A DNA stretch of 64,000 nucleotides from Solirubrobacterales bacterium (GCA_036381235.1 DASVDE010000014.1:35306-99305), one strand, 5' to 3'; positions 44,447 through 57,111 are shown, counted from the stretch's first letter. Numbers and translations are program-made. The notes: a model not told the origin generated them from the sequence alone.

Positions 44447-45826
44447 TTGCGTCGAAGCTCGGTGCCGGGGCGAGCGGCGGCGTTATGGTCGCTCGTCGTG
44501 CCTGACGGAGCCAGCTCAGCAGACCTTGACGCCATTTGGCGAGAGGTTCGGGGGCGGCTGCGGGCTTCGGTTCCCGAGTCGACCTACAAGCTGTGGCTCG
44601 AGCCCCTCAGGGCGGAGGGAATGCGGGCGGAGACGCTCTATCTGTCGGCTCCAGAGGGAATTCGGGCTTGGGTCGAGCGACGTTACTCGGAACTGATTCG
44701 GGAGACGCTGAAGGGGACCGGGCTGCGGGAATTGAGCTTCGCGCGGGTCGAGGAGGGCGCGCTCGAAAGCGCGCCCTCCGAGGTGGAGCTGAACCCGAGC
44801 TACACCTTCGAGCGATTCGTGATCGGCGAAGGAAACCGAATGGCCCATGCGGCTGCGCTGGCCGTCGCCGAGGCCCCCGGCGAGGCCTACAACCCCCTGT
44901 TTCTGCATGGCCCCCCGGGGCTGGGAAAGACCCATCTGCTGGTGGCGATCGCCAACTACCTGCGCACCAACGCACCCGGCTTGAGCGTCCGCTACACGAC
45001 CGCCGAGCGCTTCACCAACGAGTTCGTTGGCGCCCTGCGCCGCGCCGGCGTCGAGGCATTCAAGAGCCGCTACCGCGATATCGACGTGCTGTTGATCGAC
45101 GATGTCCAGTTCCTCGAGGGCAAGCAGCGAACCGAGGAGGAGTTCTTTCACACCTTCAACGCCCTGTATGAAGCCGGCAGTCAGCTGGTTCTCTCCGCCG
45201 ATCGCCTGCCGAGCGAGCTGGCCGACCTCGAGTCGCGCCTGCGCGACCGCTTTGAGTGGGGGCTTACGGTCGCGGTCGATCAACCCACCCTGAACACCCG
45301 CCTGGCGGTGCTGCGACGTCTGGCAAGCGAGGCGGGTGTCGACATCGCCGACAACCAGGCGCTCTCCGAGCTGGCGCACCGGATCGACGCCAACGTGCGA
45401 CAGTTGCACGGAGCGCTGACTCGGGTGATTGCCCATGCCTCGCTGATGGCAAAGCCGCTCAACTCCGAACTGATCGCCGAAGTCATCCCGAACGTCTCCC
45501 GTTCGGCGCGCCCCACAACTGTCGAAGAGATCCAGCAACGCGTCGCCTCTTCCTTCGGCGTCTCGCGCGGCGAGCTGGTCGGCTCGACCAGGGCGGCAAC
45601 TCCGTTGCGCGCCAGGCAGGTCGCCATCTTCCTCACCCGTGAGCTGACCGACCTCTCGCTTCCTCAGATCGGCCGCCTCTACGGTGGCCGCGACCACTCG
45701 ACCGTGCTCAACTCGCTGCGTCGTGTCGAAGCGGGACTGGCCGAGGATCCGAATCTCTCCGAACGAGTTCGTGAGCTGCGCGAGGCAATCCACATCTCCC
45801 CACAGCACAAGCCTGACAGCCGATAG
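44447..45826 (+). CDS. dnaA: Chromosomal replication initiator DnaA
   Basis: It has the AAA+ motifs [10 protein letters not shown] and LLIDDVQFL, and the domain IV segment [32 protein letters not shown]. The start is uncertain: TTG 44447, GTG 44462 or GTG 44498. Confidence 0.95.
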   Translation: MRRSSVPGRAAALWSLVVPDGASSADLDAIWREVRGRLRASVPESTYKLWLEPLRAEGMRAETLYLSAPEGIRAWVERRYSELIRETLKGTGLRELSFARVEEGALESAPSEVELNPSYTFERFVIGEGNRMAHAAALAVAEAPGEAYNPLFLHGPPGLGKTHLLVAIANYLRTNAPGLSVRYTTAERFTNEFVGALRRAGVEAFKSRYRDIDVLLIDDVQFLEGKQRTEEEFFHTFNALYEAGSQLVLSADRLPSELADLESRLRDRFEWGLTVAVDQPTLNTRLAVLRRLASEAGVDIADNQALSELAHRIDANVRQLHGALTRVIAHASLMAKPLNSELIAEVIPNVSRSARPTTVEEIQQRVASSFGVSRGELVGSTRAATPLRARQVAIFLTRELTDLSLPQIGRLYGGRDHSTVLNSLRRVEAGLAEDPNLSERVRELREAIHISPQHKPDSR

Positions 45827-45919
45827 CGATGCAAGAATCGACGGTCTCCCACAGCCCTCTCCACAAGCGTCAAGTCGCTTTCCAGCGCCAAGTCACCCAT
45901 GCCCACGGCGATTTCCACA
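45786..45919 (+). promoter_or_regulatory. Cluster of DnaA-box-like 9-mers (candidate oriC core)
   Basis: All in the same orientation: CAATCCACA (45786-94), TCTCCCACA (45845-53), CTCTCCACA (45857-65) and ATTTCCACA (45911-19), plus CTCCCCACA (45796-804). The reference consensus is TT(A/G)TCCACA. An AT-richer stretch follows at 45920-45952. Confidence 0.5.
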
Positions 45920-45952
45920 GGAACTAATCCAACTCAAGAAGGCATTCATCAC

Positions 45953-47059
45953 TTGAAGCTGACCACGAAACGCGAAGAACTCGTCTCCAAGCTGTCGATC
46001 GTTTTCCGAGCGGTCTCGAATCGGGCCGCGACCCAATCGTTGTCGGGAATACTCCTCACCGTGTCAGGAGACGGCGTCGCCCTTCGTGCCACCGACCTCG
46101 AGATGGGTCTGGAGACCGGGCTCGAGGCGGAGGTCGCCGACGAAGGCGTGGCGCTACTGCCCGGCCGGCTTCTCTCCGAGGTCGCCCGCTCGCTGCCGGA
46201 GGCGGCGGTGGAGATCGAAGCGCGTGAGGCGGAGCACGATGTGGAGATCCGCTGCGGCGGCTCCAGCTTCCACCTCCGGACCCTGCCGCCGGAGGATTTC
46301 CCGAAATTCCCGGACGAGGAAGGCGAGCCGCTGAAAATCCCGGCGGCAGCGCTTGCCGAGACCGTGGAGATCGTGGCCCGAGCCGCCTCGCGCGACGATA
46401 TGCGGCCGGTGCTGACCGGTGTTCTCGTCAGCGCCAGCGGCAGGGAGATGACGATGGTCGCGACCGACAGCTACAGGCTTGCGGTGAAGCGAACGGAGCT
46501 GGAAACCGAAATTGGCGGAGAGCTGGAGGCGAACATTCCCGCTCGCGCCCTGCGAGAGCTGGCCCGGATTCTCGCTTCGGAGGGCATCGAGGAAGTCTCC
46601 GTGGCGCTGCTGCCCAACCAGGCGATTTTCAAGGCAGGGGCAATCGTCCTCAACACGAGGCTGATCGAGGGACAGTTCCCCAACTTTCGACAGCTGCTGC
46701 CAGAGTCCTACGAGCACGATGTGCGGTTGCCCCGCACGGACTTTCTCGACGTGGCCCGCCGTGTCAGCCAGCTGGCACAGCGCAACGCGCCGCTGCGCCT
46801 CGCCTTCTCCTCCGGTGAGCTGACCGTCGCGGCGGAGACGCCCGATGTGGGTGACGCGCAGGAGACGATTCCCGCCGCCTTCGAGGGAGAGCCGTTGGAG
46901 ATCGGCTTCAATCCGGAGTTCCTCAAGGAGGGGATCGAGAGCGTCGAGGGCGATGAGCTGGTGCTGCGGCTGATCTCACCGCTGCGCCCGGGCCTACTTC
47001 AGCCGGTCGACAACGAGGACTTCCGCTACCTGGTGATGCCCATTCGCCTCAACGTCTAG
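45953..47059 (+). CDS. dnaN: DNA polymerase III beta sliding clamp
   Basis: From the TTG at 45953 the product begins (M)KLTTKREELVSKLSIVFRAVSNRAATQSLSGILL, the canonical DnaN N-terminus. The C-terminus is MPIRLNV. The upstream ATG at 45899 would add 18 non-conserved residues. Confidence 0.9.
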   Translation: MKLTTKREELVSKLSIVFRAVSNRAATQSLSGILLTVSGDGVALRATDLEMGLETGLEAEVADEGVALLPGRLLSEVARSLPEAAVEIEAREAEHDVEIRCGGSSFHLRTLPPEDFPKFPDEEGEPLKIPAAALAETVEIVARAASRDDMRPVLTGVLVSASGREMTMVATDSYRLAVKRTELETEIGGELEANIPARALRELARILASEGIEEVSVALLPNQAIFKAGAIVLNTRLIEGQFPNFRQLLPESYEHDVRLPRTDFLDVARRVSQLAQRNAPLRLAFSSGELTVAAETPDVGDAQETIPAAFEGEPLEIGFNPEFLKEGIESVEGDELVLRLISPLRPGLLQPVDNEDFRYLVMPIRLNV

Positions 47060-47071
47060 GGCGGCTGACCG

Positions 47072-48163
47072 GTGCTGGTCACCGCCGTCGAAGCGAGGCC
47101 GCTCCGCAGCCTCGAGAATGCTCGGGTCGAGCCGGCGCCGGGGATAACCAGCCTGATTGGGCCGAATGGGGCCGGCAAGACCAACTTTCTCGAGGCGCTC
47201 TACTTCGGCCTCACCGGCCGCTCCTTTCGCACTGCCGACCGGCGGGAGCTGATCCCCTTCGGCGGCTCGCTGGCGCGAGCTGAGGTGATGGTCCATGACG
47301 GCGATGTCGCCAGGCATCGTTTCCTCGCCTCGGTCAGCCGCGCGGAGGGCCGCCGCCACCTGCTCGACGGCAGCCCGGCCGAGGCGGCGACCGCCGCCCG
47401 CCACCGCCCGCCGGTTGCGGTCTTCTCTCCTGACCGACTGACGCTGGTCAAGGGCCCGCCGGCGGAGCGGCGCTCTCATCTCGACCTCTATGTGGCGGCC
47501 CGTTGGCCCTCGCGCACGGAGCTGCGTCGACGCTACAGCCAAGCGCTGGCGCAACGCAACGCGTTGCTGTCACGGGTCGCCGCTGGACATACGGCGGCCG
47601 CCGAGTTGGATGTCTGGGACGCGACGGTCGCCGAAGCCGCGGCGCCGCTGATCGCCGCTCGCCGCGAGGCGGCAGAGGAGCTCGCGGCGCCATTTGCGAC
47701 CGCGGCGTTGGATTTGGGATTAGACGGTGTCGCGGCACTTTCCTACGCGCCCCGGGCCGATGGCTCGGCGGAGGAGCTGCGCGCGGGATTGGAGGAACGC
47801 CGCAACGCCGACCTGAAGCTGGGACGGGGTTCCTGGGGCCCGCACCTGGACGACCTGAAGCTGTCGATCGACGGCAAAGCGCTGCGCCGCTATGGCTCTC
47901 AGGGCCAGCAGCGGATGGCTCTCCTGGCGCTGCTGTTCGCCGAGCGCGACTCACTGCTGGCGGCTCGCCGCGTGGCGCCGTTGCTGCTGCTCGACGATGT
48001 GATGAGCGAGCTGGACCCGAGTCGGCGGGAGCGCCTGGTTGAGCGGTTGCGGAGCGACGGACAGACGCTGATCACCGCCGCTGATGAAAGCTCGGTGCCG
48101 GCCGCAGCCCGGGAAGCCACGGTGCGGATCGGCCCATGCACGCCCTTGCAGGCTGCCGCATGA
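47072..48163 (+). CDS. recF: DNA replication and repair protein RecF
   Basis: 363 aa with Walker A GPNGAGKTNFLEA, the signature GSQGQQR and Walker B LLLDDV. Confidence 0.9.
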   Translation: MLVTAVEARPLRSLENARVEPAPGITSLIGPNGAGKTNFLEALYFGLTGRSFRTADRRELIPFGGSLARAEVMVHDGDVARHRFLASVSRAEGRRHLLDGSPAEAATAARHRPPVAVFSPDRLTLVKGPPAERRSHLDLYVAARWPSRTELRRRYSQALAQRNALLSRVAAGHTAAAELDVWDATVAEAAAPLIAARREAAEELAAPFATAALDLGLDGVAALSYAPRADGSAEELRAGLEERRNADLKLGRGSWGPHLDDLKLSIDGKALRRYGSQGQQRMALLALLFAERDSLLAARRVAPLLLLDDVMSELDPSRRERLVERLRSDGQTLITAADESSVPAAAREATVRIGPCTPLQAAA

Positions 48164-48465
48164 CGCGCCGCCGCGCCCCGCGCCCCGCGGCGGGAGCGGT
48201 TCGAGCGGCGATGGAGCAAGCCGCCCCGAAGACGCGGCTGGCGGCCGCGCAGGCGGCCTGGGCGGCGGCGGTCGGAGAGACGCTCGCCGCGGCTGCCGAG
48301 CCGGCCTCCGAACGCGATGGGGAGTTGACAATCGACTGCGAGGATCCGGTTTGGGCGCAGGAGCTGGACTTAATGCAGGAGCAGCTCCTCGAGCGTTTAC
48401 GCGAGCAGCTTGGGAGGGAGGCTCCGGAGAGCTTGCGCTTTCGTGTGAAAAGGCCGGAGACCTGA
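48160..48465 (+). CDS. dciA: DUF721/DciA-like protein (the recF-gyrB intergenic gene typical of Actinobacteria)
   Basis: The ATG at 48160 overlaps the recF TGA as ATGA. It has W..AVGE.LA....P.....GELTI.C.DP.WAQEL.L......L...LG. This is the same position as Rv0004 in Mycobacterium. Confidence 0.65.
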   Translation: MTRRRAPRPAAGAVRAAMEQAAPKTRLAAAQAAWAAAVGETLAAAAEPASERDGELTIDCEDPVWAQELDLMQEQLLERLREQLGREAPESLRFRVKRPET

Positions 48466-48479
48466 GTGAGTTTATGCTT

Positions 48480-48504
48480 AATTTGCAGGGATTTTCTGCA
48501 AATT
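48480..48504. promoter_or_regulatory. Perfect 9-bp inverted repeat in an AT-rich island upstream of gyrB
   Basis: AATTTGCAG-ggatttt-CTGCAAATT, embedded in TTTATGCTTAATTTGCAGGGATTTTCTGCAAATTGAG. This is unusually AT-rich for this genome. Confidence 0.4.
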
Positions 48505-48624
48505 GAGCCGGCGTTCCGAGGTCCCGAACTGGTATCCTTATGTCAACTCGTGTTTCTGCCCCGATCCCCCGTGGCGCAGGTCCCAGGGCGGTCGGGGTTT
48601 TCTATGAGAAGCGGAAGGGTCTAA

Positions 48625-51054
<2,430 letters not shown>

Positions 51055-51066
51055 GGAGGCCGGCTG

Positions 51067-53592
51067 ATGGAAGGAGGGGGACTCGAAGCCCTGACCGGGC
51101 GGATCGAGGACCGCGAGCTCGAGAAGGAGATGCGCTCCTCCTACCTCGACTACGCGATGAGCGTGATCGTGGGGCGAGCGTTGCCCGATGTGCGCGACGG
51201 TCTGAAGCCGGTCCACCGCCGAGTGCTCTATGCGATGCACGACATCGGCCTGCAGCCGACCCGGGCCTACCGCAAGTGCGCCTTCATCGTCGGCGAGGTG
51301 ATGGGCAAGTACCACCCACACGGCGACTCGGCGATCTACGACACCCTGGTGCGGATGGCGCAGGATTTCTCCCTGCGCTACGTGCTGGTCGACGGCCAGG
51401 GCAACTTCGGCTCGATCGACGACGACCCGGCTGCCGCGATGCGCTACACCGAAGCGCGGCTGGGGCGGTTGGCGACCGAGCTGTTGCGGGACATCGACGC
51501 GGACACCGTCGACTTCGGCCCCAACTACGACGAGTCGACCCAGGAGCCGCTGATCCTGCCGGCGCGATTCCCGAACCTGCTGGTCAACGGGGCTTCGGGG
51601 ATCGCGGTGGGGATGGCGACAAACATCCCGCCGCACAACCTGCGCGAGGTGGCGGCCGCCGTCACCGCCTACATCGACGACCCCGGGACCGACCTGGCCG
51701 GGCTGATGGAGCACGTCAAGGGGCCCGACTTCCCGGGCGGCGGAATCATGAGCATGGAGGGGATTCGCGATGCCTACGCCTCGGGCCGGGGCAGCGTCAA
51801 GGTTCGGGCGCGCGCCCACGTCGAGCCGCTGAAGGGGGGCAAGGAGGCGATCGTCGTCACCGAGCTTCCCTTCATGGTCAAGAAGGGCGGCGACGGCGGG
51901 CTGATCACCAAGATCGCCGACCTGGTCCGCGACAAGAAATTGGAGGGGATCTCCGACCTGCGGGACGAGTCGGACCGTTCCGGGATGCGGTTGGTGATCG
52001 AGCTGAAGCGCGGCGGCCCGCCGGCAAAGGTGGTTCTCAACAACCTCTACAAGAAAACCGCGATGCAGACCAGCTTCGGCATCAACATGGTCGCGCTGGT
52101 CGATGGGGTTCCACGCACGCTCAGCCTGCTGGAGCTGGTCCACCACTATGTCCAGCACCAACGCGAGGTCGTCACCCGTCGCACCCAGTACGAGCTGCGT
52201 CGCGCCGAGGCTCGGGCCCACATCCTCGAGGGGCTGCTTGTCGCGCTCGACAACCTCGACGCGGTGATCAAACTGATCCGCGCCTCCTCGGACCCCGACG
52301 AGGCGCGCGACGGGCTGATGAGCAAGTTCGAGCTCTCGCGGGAGCAGGCGCAGGCGATCCTCGACATGCGCTTGCAGCGCCTCACCGCGCTGGAGGCCGA
52401 CAAAGTCCGGGCCGAGCACGCCGACCTGCTTGAGCGGATCGGCGAGCTACGAGCGATCCTCGGCGACGAGGCAAGAGTGCTGAGCTTGGTCAAGGAGGAG
52501 TTGGCCGAGATCGTCGAGTCCTACGGCGACGAGCGGCGCACCGAGTTGGCCCACTTCGAGGGCGACGTCGGGATCGAGGACATGATCGCCGACCAGCAGA
52601 TGGTGATCTCACTGACCGCCTCCGGTTACGTGAAGCGACTGCCGCTGGCGACCTATCGCCAGCAGCGCCGCGGCGGCGTCGGGGTGATGGGGATGAACAT
52701 GAAGGAGGACGACTACATCGCCCATCTCCACATCTGCTCGACCCACGACTACCTGCTGTTCTTCACCAACCGCGGCAAGGTCTACCGGCTGAAGGTCTAC
52801 GAGTTGCCGGAGGGCTCGCGCACCGCGAAAGGCAGCGCCCTGGTCAACCTCTTGCCGCTGCGCGAGGGGGAGAAGGTGATGGCGGTGATCCCGACTCGTG
52901 ACTTCAAGGAGAACAAGTACCTGGCATTTGCCACCGCCAAGGGGCAGATCAAGAAGACCGAGTTCCTCGCCTACAACACGCCCATTCGCGCCGACGGGAT
53001 CATTGCGATCAAGGTTCGCGACGGCGACGAGTTGGTCCAGGTGCGTCTGACATCGGGCGAGGAGGACATCCTGATGGTCTCCCACTCCGGCCACGCTTCG
53101 CGCTTCTCGGAGAAGCTGGTGCGGCCGATGGGGCGCGACACCAGCGGGATCAAGGGGATGAACGTCTCCGGCAAGGACAACCGGGTGCTGGCGATGGACA
53201 TCGCCCGCGATGACACCGAGTTGTTCGTGGTGACCGAGAACGGCTACGGCAAGCGGACGCCGGTTGCCGAGTATCCGGTGAAGGGACGCGGCACCAAAGG
53301 CGTGCTGACGGCGAAGCTGACCGAGAAGAAGGGCGGCCTGGCGGGGGCGCTGATCGTCCGCGAGCATCAGGACCTGTTGTTCATCTCTCAGAACGGGATG
53401 GTGCAGCGGACCTCGGTCGGCGGCATCTCGCAGATGGGCAGACCCACCCAGGGAGTGCGGGTGATGAACATCAAGGACGACGATCGCGTCAGCGCCGTCG
53501 CTCTGGTCGTGGAATCCGACGATGGCCCGCCGCCGGATGAGCTGGAGGCCGGGGAAGGCGCCACCCCTTCGCCGGACTCGCAGTCCAGCTAG
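51067..53592 (+). CDS. gyrA: DNA gyrase subunit A
   Basis: 841 aa with [20 protein letters not shown] (the QRDR), AMRYTEARL (the catalytic Tyr), and a C-terminal beta-pinwheel repeat region. Confidence 0.95.
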   Translation: MEGGGLEALTGRIEDRELEKEMRSSYLDYAMSVIVGRALPDVRDGLKPVHRRVLYAMHDIGLQPTRAYRKCAFIVGEVMGKYHPHGDSAIYDTLVRMAQDFSLRYVLVDGQGNFGSIDDDPAAAMRYTEARLGRLATELLRDIDADTVDFGPNYDESTQEPLILPARFPNLLVNGASGIAVGMATNIPPHNLREVAAAVTAYIDDPGTDLAGLMEHVKGPDFPGGGIMSMEGIRDAYASGRGSVKVRARAHVEPLKGGKEAIVVTELPFMVKKGGDGGLITKIADLVRDKKLEGISDLRDESDRSGMRLVIELKRGGPPAKVVLNNLYKKTAMQTSFGINMVALVDGVPRTLSLLELVHHYVQHQREVVTRRTQYELRRAEARAHILEGLLVALDNLDAVIKLIRASSDPDEARDGLMSKFELSREQAQAILDMRLQRLTALEADKVRAEHADLLERIGELRAILGDEARVLSLVKEELAEIVESYGDERRTELAHFEGDVGIEDMIADQQMVISLTASGYVKRLPLATYRQQRRGGVGVMGMNMKEDDYIAHLHICSTHDYLLFFTNRGKVYRLKVYELPEGSRTAKGSALVNLLPLREGEKVMAVIPTRDFKENKYLAFATAKGQIKKTEFLAYNTPIRADGIIAIKVRDGDELVQVRLTSGEEDILMVSHSGHASRFSEKLVRPMGRDTSGIKGMNVSGKDNRVLAMDIARDDTELFVVTENGYGKRTPVAEYPVKGRGTKGVLTAKLTEKKGGLAGALIVREHQDLLFISQNGMVQRTSVGGISQMGRPTQGVRVMNIKDDDRVSAVALVVESDDGPPPDELEAGEGATPSPDSQSS

Positions 53593-53600
53593 CTCTCGGG

Positions 53601-54107
53601 TCAGGCAGCCGCCGGTAGATACTGCTGCCAGGCCGGAGGGATCGACGGGCTGGCGACCTGGATAAAGGTGGTTGGGCCGGGGGCCTTCGGGGATGTTCTC
53701 GGGTGCATCTGGATCTCGCGAGGGAGACGGTTTCCCTTGCGGCGGTTGCAGGTTGCGCAGGCGGCGACGATGTTCTCCCAGACGGATTTGCCGCCGCGGC
53801 TGCGGGGAATGACGTGGTCGACGGTGAGGCCTGACTTGGTGGAGCCGCAGTACTGGCAGGTCCAGGAATCACGGGCGAGGACGGCCCGCCGCGTGATCTT
53901 CCGACGGTGAGCCTCGCGTGGGATGCGGACGTAGCTGACGAGGCGGATCACGTCCGGCTTCTCCATGGTCATCCGCTCGGAGTGAAGCGCCCCCGCCTGC
54001 TGTTCGAGCAGCTCCGCCTTTTCCTTCAACAGCAGCACTGCAGCGCGCCTGAGAGTGCAGACGTTGATCGGCTCATACGTCGCGTTCAGCACCAGGACAC
54101 GCGCCAT
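53601..54107 (-). CDS. HNH endonuclease-family protein
   Basis: From the ATG at 54107 the product begins MARVLVLNATYEPINV. It has CQYCG....LTVDHVIPRSRGG...WENIVAACATCNRRKGN, the HNH ββα-metal motif. The longer ORF prefix was discarded. Confidence 0.8.
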   Translation of the reverse strand: MARVLVLNATYEPINVCTLRRAAVLLLKEKAELLEQQAGALHSERMTMEKPDVIRLVSYVRIPREAHRRKITRRAVLARDSWTCQYCGSTKSGLTVDHVIPRSRGGKSVWENIVAACATCNRRKGNRLPREIQMHPRTSPKAPGPTTFIQVASPSIPPAWQQYLPAAA

Positions 54108-54120
54108 GGTGCTGGAGATT

Positions 54121-54957
54121 CTAGGCGACGGGGTAGGAACCCAAAATCCGAACCGACTCGGCCTTTGCTCGAAGGGCCTGCAGAGCCTCGGCGACGGGCG
54201 CCTCGGAAACGCCTCCCTCGAGGTCGCAAAAGAACATGTAACGGCCCAAGCCGAGGCGCAACGGACGGGACTCGATTCGGCTGAGGTTGACCCCGCGGCT
54301 GGAGAATTCTCTAAGCGCCTCGACCAGGGCCCCCGGGTGATCCTCGCCGAGCTCGGAGAAGACCAGCGCTGTCTTCCAGGGCCCCTCCCCGGTGGGGGGC
54401 TCTGTTCCCTCGGGGGCGATCCAGACGAAGCGGGTGACGTTGCCGGCCTCGTCCTCAATGCCCTCGCGCAAGATCGTGCAGCCGTAGAGCTCCGCCGCCG
54501 AGCGAGCGCCGATCGCCGCCCAGGGGCGGACCGATTCGCCGACCATGCGCACCGCCGCCGCGGTGCTGCTGACCGCCCGCCGCTCGACGCCCGGCAACTG
54601 CTCGCGGAGGAAACGCGCGCACTGGGCGAGGGGCTGAGGGTGGGAGAGCACCGCCTCGATTTCCTCCAGCTCGATCGGCTCCCGGGCGATCAGGTGGGCG
54701 CGAACCTCGAAGTCGTGCTCGCCGACGATCGTCACCGCCTTGGCTTCGAAGGCGAGCGTGTCGAGGGTGCTGCGAACCGATCCCTCGATCGAGTTCTCGA
54801 AAGGGACCAGCGCGCGATCGGCCTCACCGCGCTCGACGGCAAGGATCGCGTCGTGGACCGTCGGTGTGCGCAGGGGCTCGAACGACTCATCGCCCCAGGC
54901 TTCGACCAGCGCGTCCTCGGTGAACGTCCCGGCCGGCCCGAGGTAGGCGATCTTCAT
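54121..54957 (-). CDS. pheA: Prephenate dehydratase (PDT plus ACT domains)
   Basis: 278 aa with IAYLGPAGTFTE, VPFENSIEGSV and TRFV, plus an ACT-domain C-terminus (ESRP......Y.FF.D.EG). Confidence 0.9.
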   Translation of the reverse strand: MKIAYLGPAGTFTEDALVEAWGDESFEPLRTPTVHDAILAVERGEADRALVPFENSIEGSVRSTLDTLAFEAKAVTIVGEHDFEVRAHLIAREPIELEEIEAVLSHPQPLAQCARFLREQLPGVERRAVSSTAAAVRMVGESVRPWAAIGARSAAELYGCTILREGIEDEAGNVTRFVWIAPEGTEPPTGEGPWKTALVFSELGEDHPGALVEALREFSSRGVNLSRIESRPLRLGLGRYMFFCDLEGGVSEAPVAEALQALRAKAESVRILGSYPVA

Positions 54958-54964
54958 CTCGGCC

Positions 54965-56005
54965 CTACAGCTGGAAGTCGACGGTGTAGCTGGCCTTGTT
55001 GTTGCTGGAGACCTGCTCGCCGGGGACCGGTTGCACGTCCACGTCGAGGGTCACCTGCCCCGTCGGGGCTGGAGTCAGCGGGATCGTGACGGTCTGTGTC
55101 TCCCCGGGGCCGATGGTGCTGATGTCCTGTTCCAGGGCGTTGCCGTTGACGCTTACAGTCACGGTGACGCCGTTCTCGGTCGAGTCGCCCTGGTTCTGAA
55201 CCTGGGCCTCGACCTCGGGGGTGTCTCCCGCCGCCACGGTCGTGAGGGAGTCGGCGGTCAGCGGCGTGCCGTTGACGCTTACCCCGATCAGGCCCATTCC
55301 GTGGATGCCCGGCGTCGCCGCGCCGGTGGCGCCGCTCACCGAACCGAGCGCGGCGCTGACCGTGGTCGCGTCGAGCCACCTGGTCTCATCGGGGAGAAAG
55401 ACGCTCGTCGGCACGTCGCTGCCCTCGATGCCGTTGTCGGCGAGCACCCCGTCGATCTCCGGCCGCACCACCTCGGCGTAGAGGACGTCGCTCGTCAGCA
55501 GCTTCCGCATCTGGTTGGCGATTGCGACCATCGCCTTCTCAGACCCGACGTCGCCGAGCGCGGTGCTCATTCTGTTGGCGATCGTCGTCATCGCACTGCT
55601 GCGCAGCTCGTAGGTCAGCTCGAGGACGGCCTGCGCGTGACTCATGTCCCCGGGGGCGTCGAGGCCGTCGACCCGCGTCGCGTAGTTGTCCATCGCGCTG
55701 CGGTCGGCGTTCACCTGGTCGACGAAGTCGGTGACCGAGAGGCTGCCCGGATCGTCGAGCTTCCCAAAGAACGATTCGCTGGTCTGCTGGGTCTCGTCGA
55801 CGATCTGGGAGACGTTGCCGGCGTAATCGGTCAGCGCCCGGTCCTTACGGGCGTTGAGGCAGCCTTTGACACCGAGCACGAGCAGGATCAGCACCAACAG
55901 GCCAGCGCCCAGCGCCAGGCCGCGCCGCAGCAGGATCTGCTGGCGCTCGGGACGACGGGGTGGGCGTGGCCGGCGGACCGGGCGCGCTGCTGACGATTCC
56001 TCCAA
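54965..56005 (-). CDS. Membrane-anchored protein with a C-terminal CARDB/Ig-like beta domain, unknown function
   Basis: It has an Arg/Pro-rich cytoplasmic N-terminus, one TM helix (GLALGAGLLVLILLVLGV), a helical ectodomain, and then VEAQVQNQGDSTENGVTVTVSVNG...IGPGETQTVTIPL. The preferred start is TTG 56005 (AGAGG plus a 5-nt spacer); GTG 56047 is the alternative. Confidence 0.5.
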   Translation of the reverse strand: MEESSAARPVRRPRPPRRPERQQILLRRGLALGAGLLVLILLVLGVKGCLNARKDRALTDYAGNVSQIVDETQQTSESFFGKLDDPGSLSVTDFVDQVNADRSAMDNYATRVDGLDAPGDMSHAQAVLELTYELRSSAMTTIANRMSTALGDVGSEKAMVAIANQMRKLLTSDVLYAEVVRPEIDGVLADNGIEGSDVPTSVFLPDETRWLDATTVSAALGSVSGATGAATPGIHGMGLIGVSVNGTPLTADSLTTVAAGDTPEVEAQVQNQGDSTENGVTVTVSVNGNALEQDISTIGPGETQTVTIPLTPAPTGQVTLDVDVQPVPGEQVSSNNKASYTVDFQL

Positions 56006-56096
56006 GACTGCCTCTCTGAAGCCTTTGACTGGGCGGGAAGTATGCACGGTGGCGGGGTCGAGTCGCAAAGAACCGCAGCAAAGGTTGCTTTTTTGC

Positions 56097-57053
56097 GTGG
56101 CAGGAGCCCATCGCGCCACGTCGAAGCCGGTTTGTGCTTTGGTCGGCTCTTTGGTCCTCAACCGCTTCCTGATCGAGCGCCGAATCGGCAGCGGCGGCTT
56201 CGGCGTCGTCTACGAGGCCTGGGATGGGAGGCTGGAGCGCCCAGTCGCGGTGAAGGCGATCGAGTCGCGCGGCCCGGCCCGGCGACGGGTGCTGCGCGAG
56301 GCGCAGGCCGCGGCGCGCCTCAACCACCCCGGCATCGTCACCCTCTACGAGATGGGCGAGGAGGAGGGCAACGCGCTGCTTGTCACGGAGATGGTGGACG
56401 GTTCAACCCTGGCGGAATTGAGCGCCGAAGGCTCGCTCAGCGATCGCGAGATAGGGGAGATAGGCGCCGATCTCTGCGAGGCGCTCGACCATGCCCACTC
56501 CCGCTCGGTCGTACACCGCGACATCAAGCCGCAGAACGTCCTCGTCACCGAGGCCGAGTCGCGCGCCAAGCTGATGGACTTCGGCGTCGCCCGCCTTACC
56601 GACGCCGCGGCGCTGACCGCTCCCGGCGACGTGGTCGGCACCCTCGCCTACATGTCGCCCGAGCAAGCCGAAGGGCACTCGGCCGGGCCCGAGGCCGATG
56701 TCTACTCGCTGGCGTTGATGCTCTATGAGTGCTGGAGCGGTGAGAATCCGAATCGCCGGGCGACGCCGGCGGCGACGGCGCGGGCGATCGGCGCCCGTCA
56801 CCGGCCGTTGCGAAGGGTGCGGCCGGACCTGCCACCGGACCTGACCGCCACGATCGACAGCTGCCTCGCCCCTCGACCCAGTCACCGTCCGGGGCTTGAG
56901 GAACTGGGAACGGCGATCGAGGAGGCCCTCGAACGACTTGACGAACATCCGCGCGAGACAGCGCGACCGCTGGGCATGAGGCTCACGGCGCTGGCGACCG
57001 CGGCAGCACTCGGCGCTTGGCTGGCGATCGGCCACGGAGCCCTGCTGCCGTAG
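56097..57053 (+). CDS. Ser/Thr protein kinase, short, C-terminally tail-anchored
   Basis: It has IGSGGFGVVYEA, VAVK, HRDIKPQNVL, DFGVA and YMSPEQ, and a terminal hydrophobic segment LTALATAAALGAWLAIG. The start is ambiguous: GTG 56097, TTG 56139 or TTG 56151. Confidence 0.8.
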   Translation: MAGAHRATSKPVCALVGSLVLNRFLIERRIGSGGFGVVYEAWDGRLERPVAVKAIESRGPARRRVLREAQAAARLNHPGIVTLYEMGEEEGNALLVTEMVDGSTLAELSAEGSLSDREIGEIGADLCEALDHAHSRSVVHRDIKPQNVLVTEAESRAKLMDFGVARLTDAAALTAPGDVVGTLAYMSPEQAEGHSAGPEADVYSLALMLYECWSGENPNRRATPAATARAIGARHRPLRRVRPDLPPDLTATIDSCLAPRPSHRPGLEELGTAIEEALERLDEHPRETARPLGMRLTALATAAALGAWLAIGHGALLP

Positions 57054-57062
57054 GATTTCTGC

Positions 57063-57090
57063 GGGTTTCCACCGATGGGAAACCCTTTTT
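57063..57090 (+). terminator. Intrinsic terminator downstream of the kinase gene
   Basis: GGGTTTCC-accgatg-GGAAACCC followed by TTTTT. It begins 10 nt after the kinase stop. Confidence 0.7.
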
Positions 57091-57111
57091 CCATCCCAAA
57101 GGAGCCCCCCG

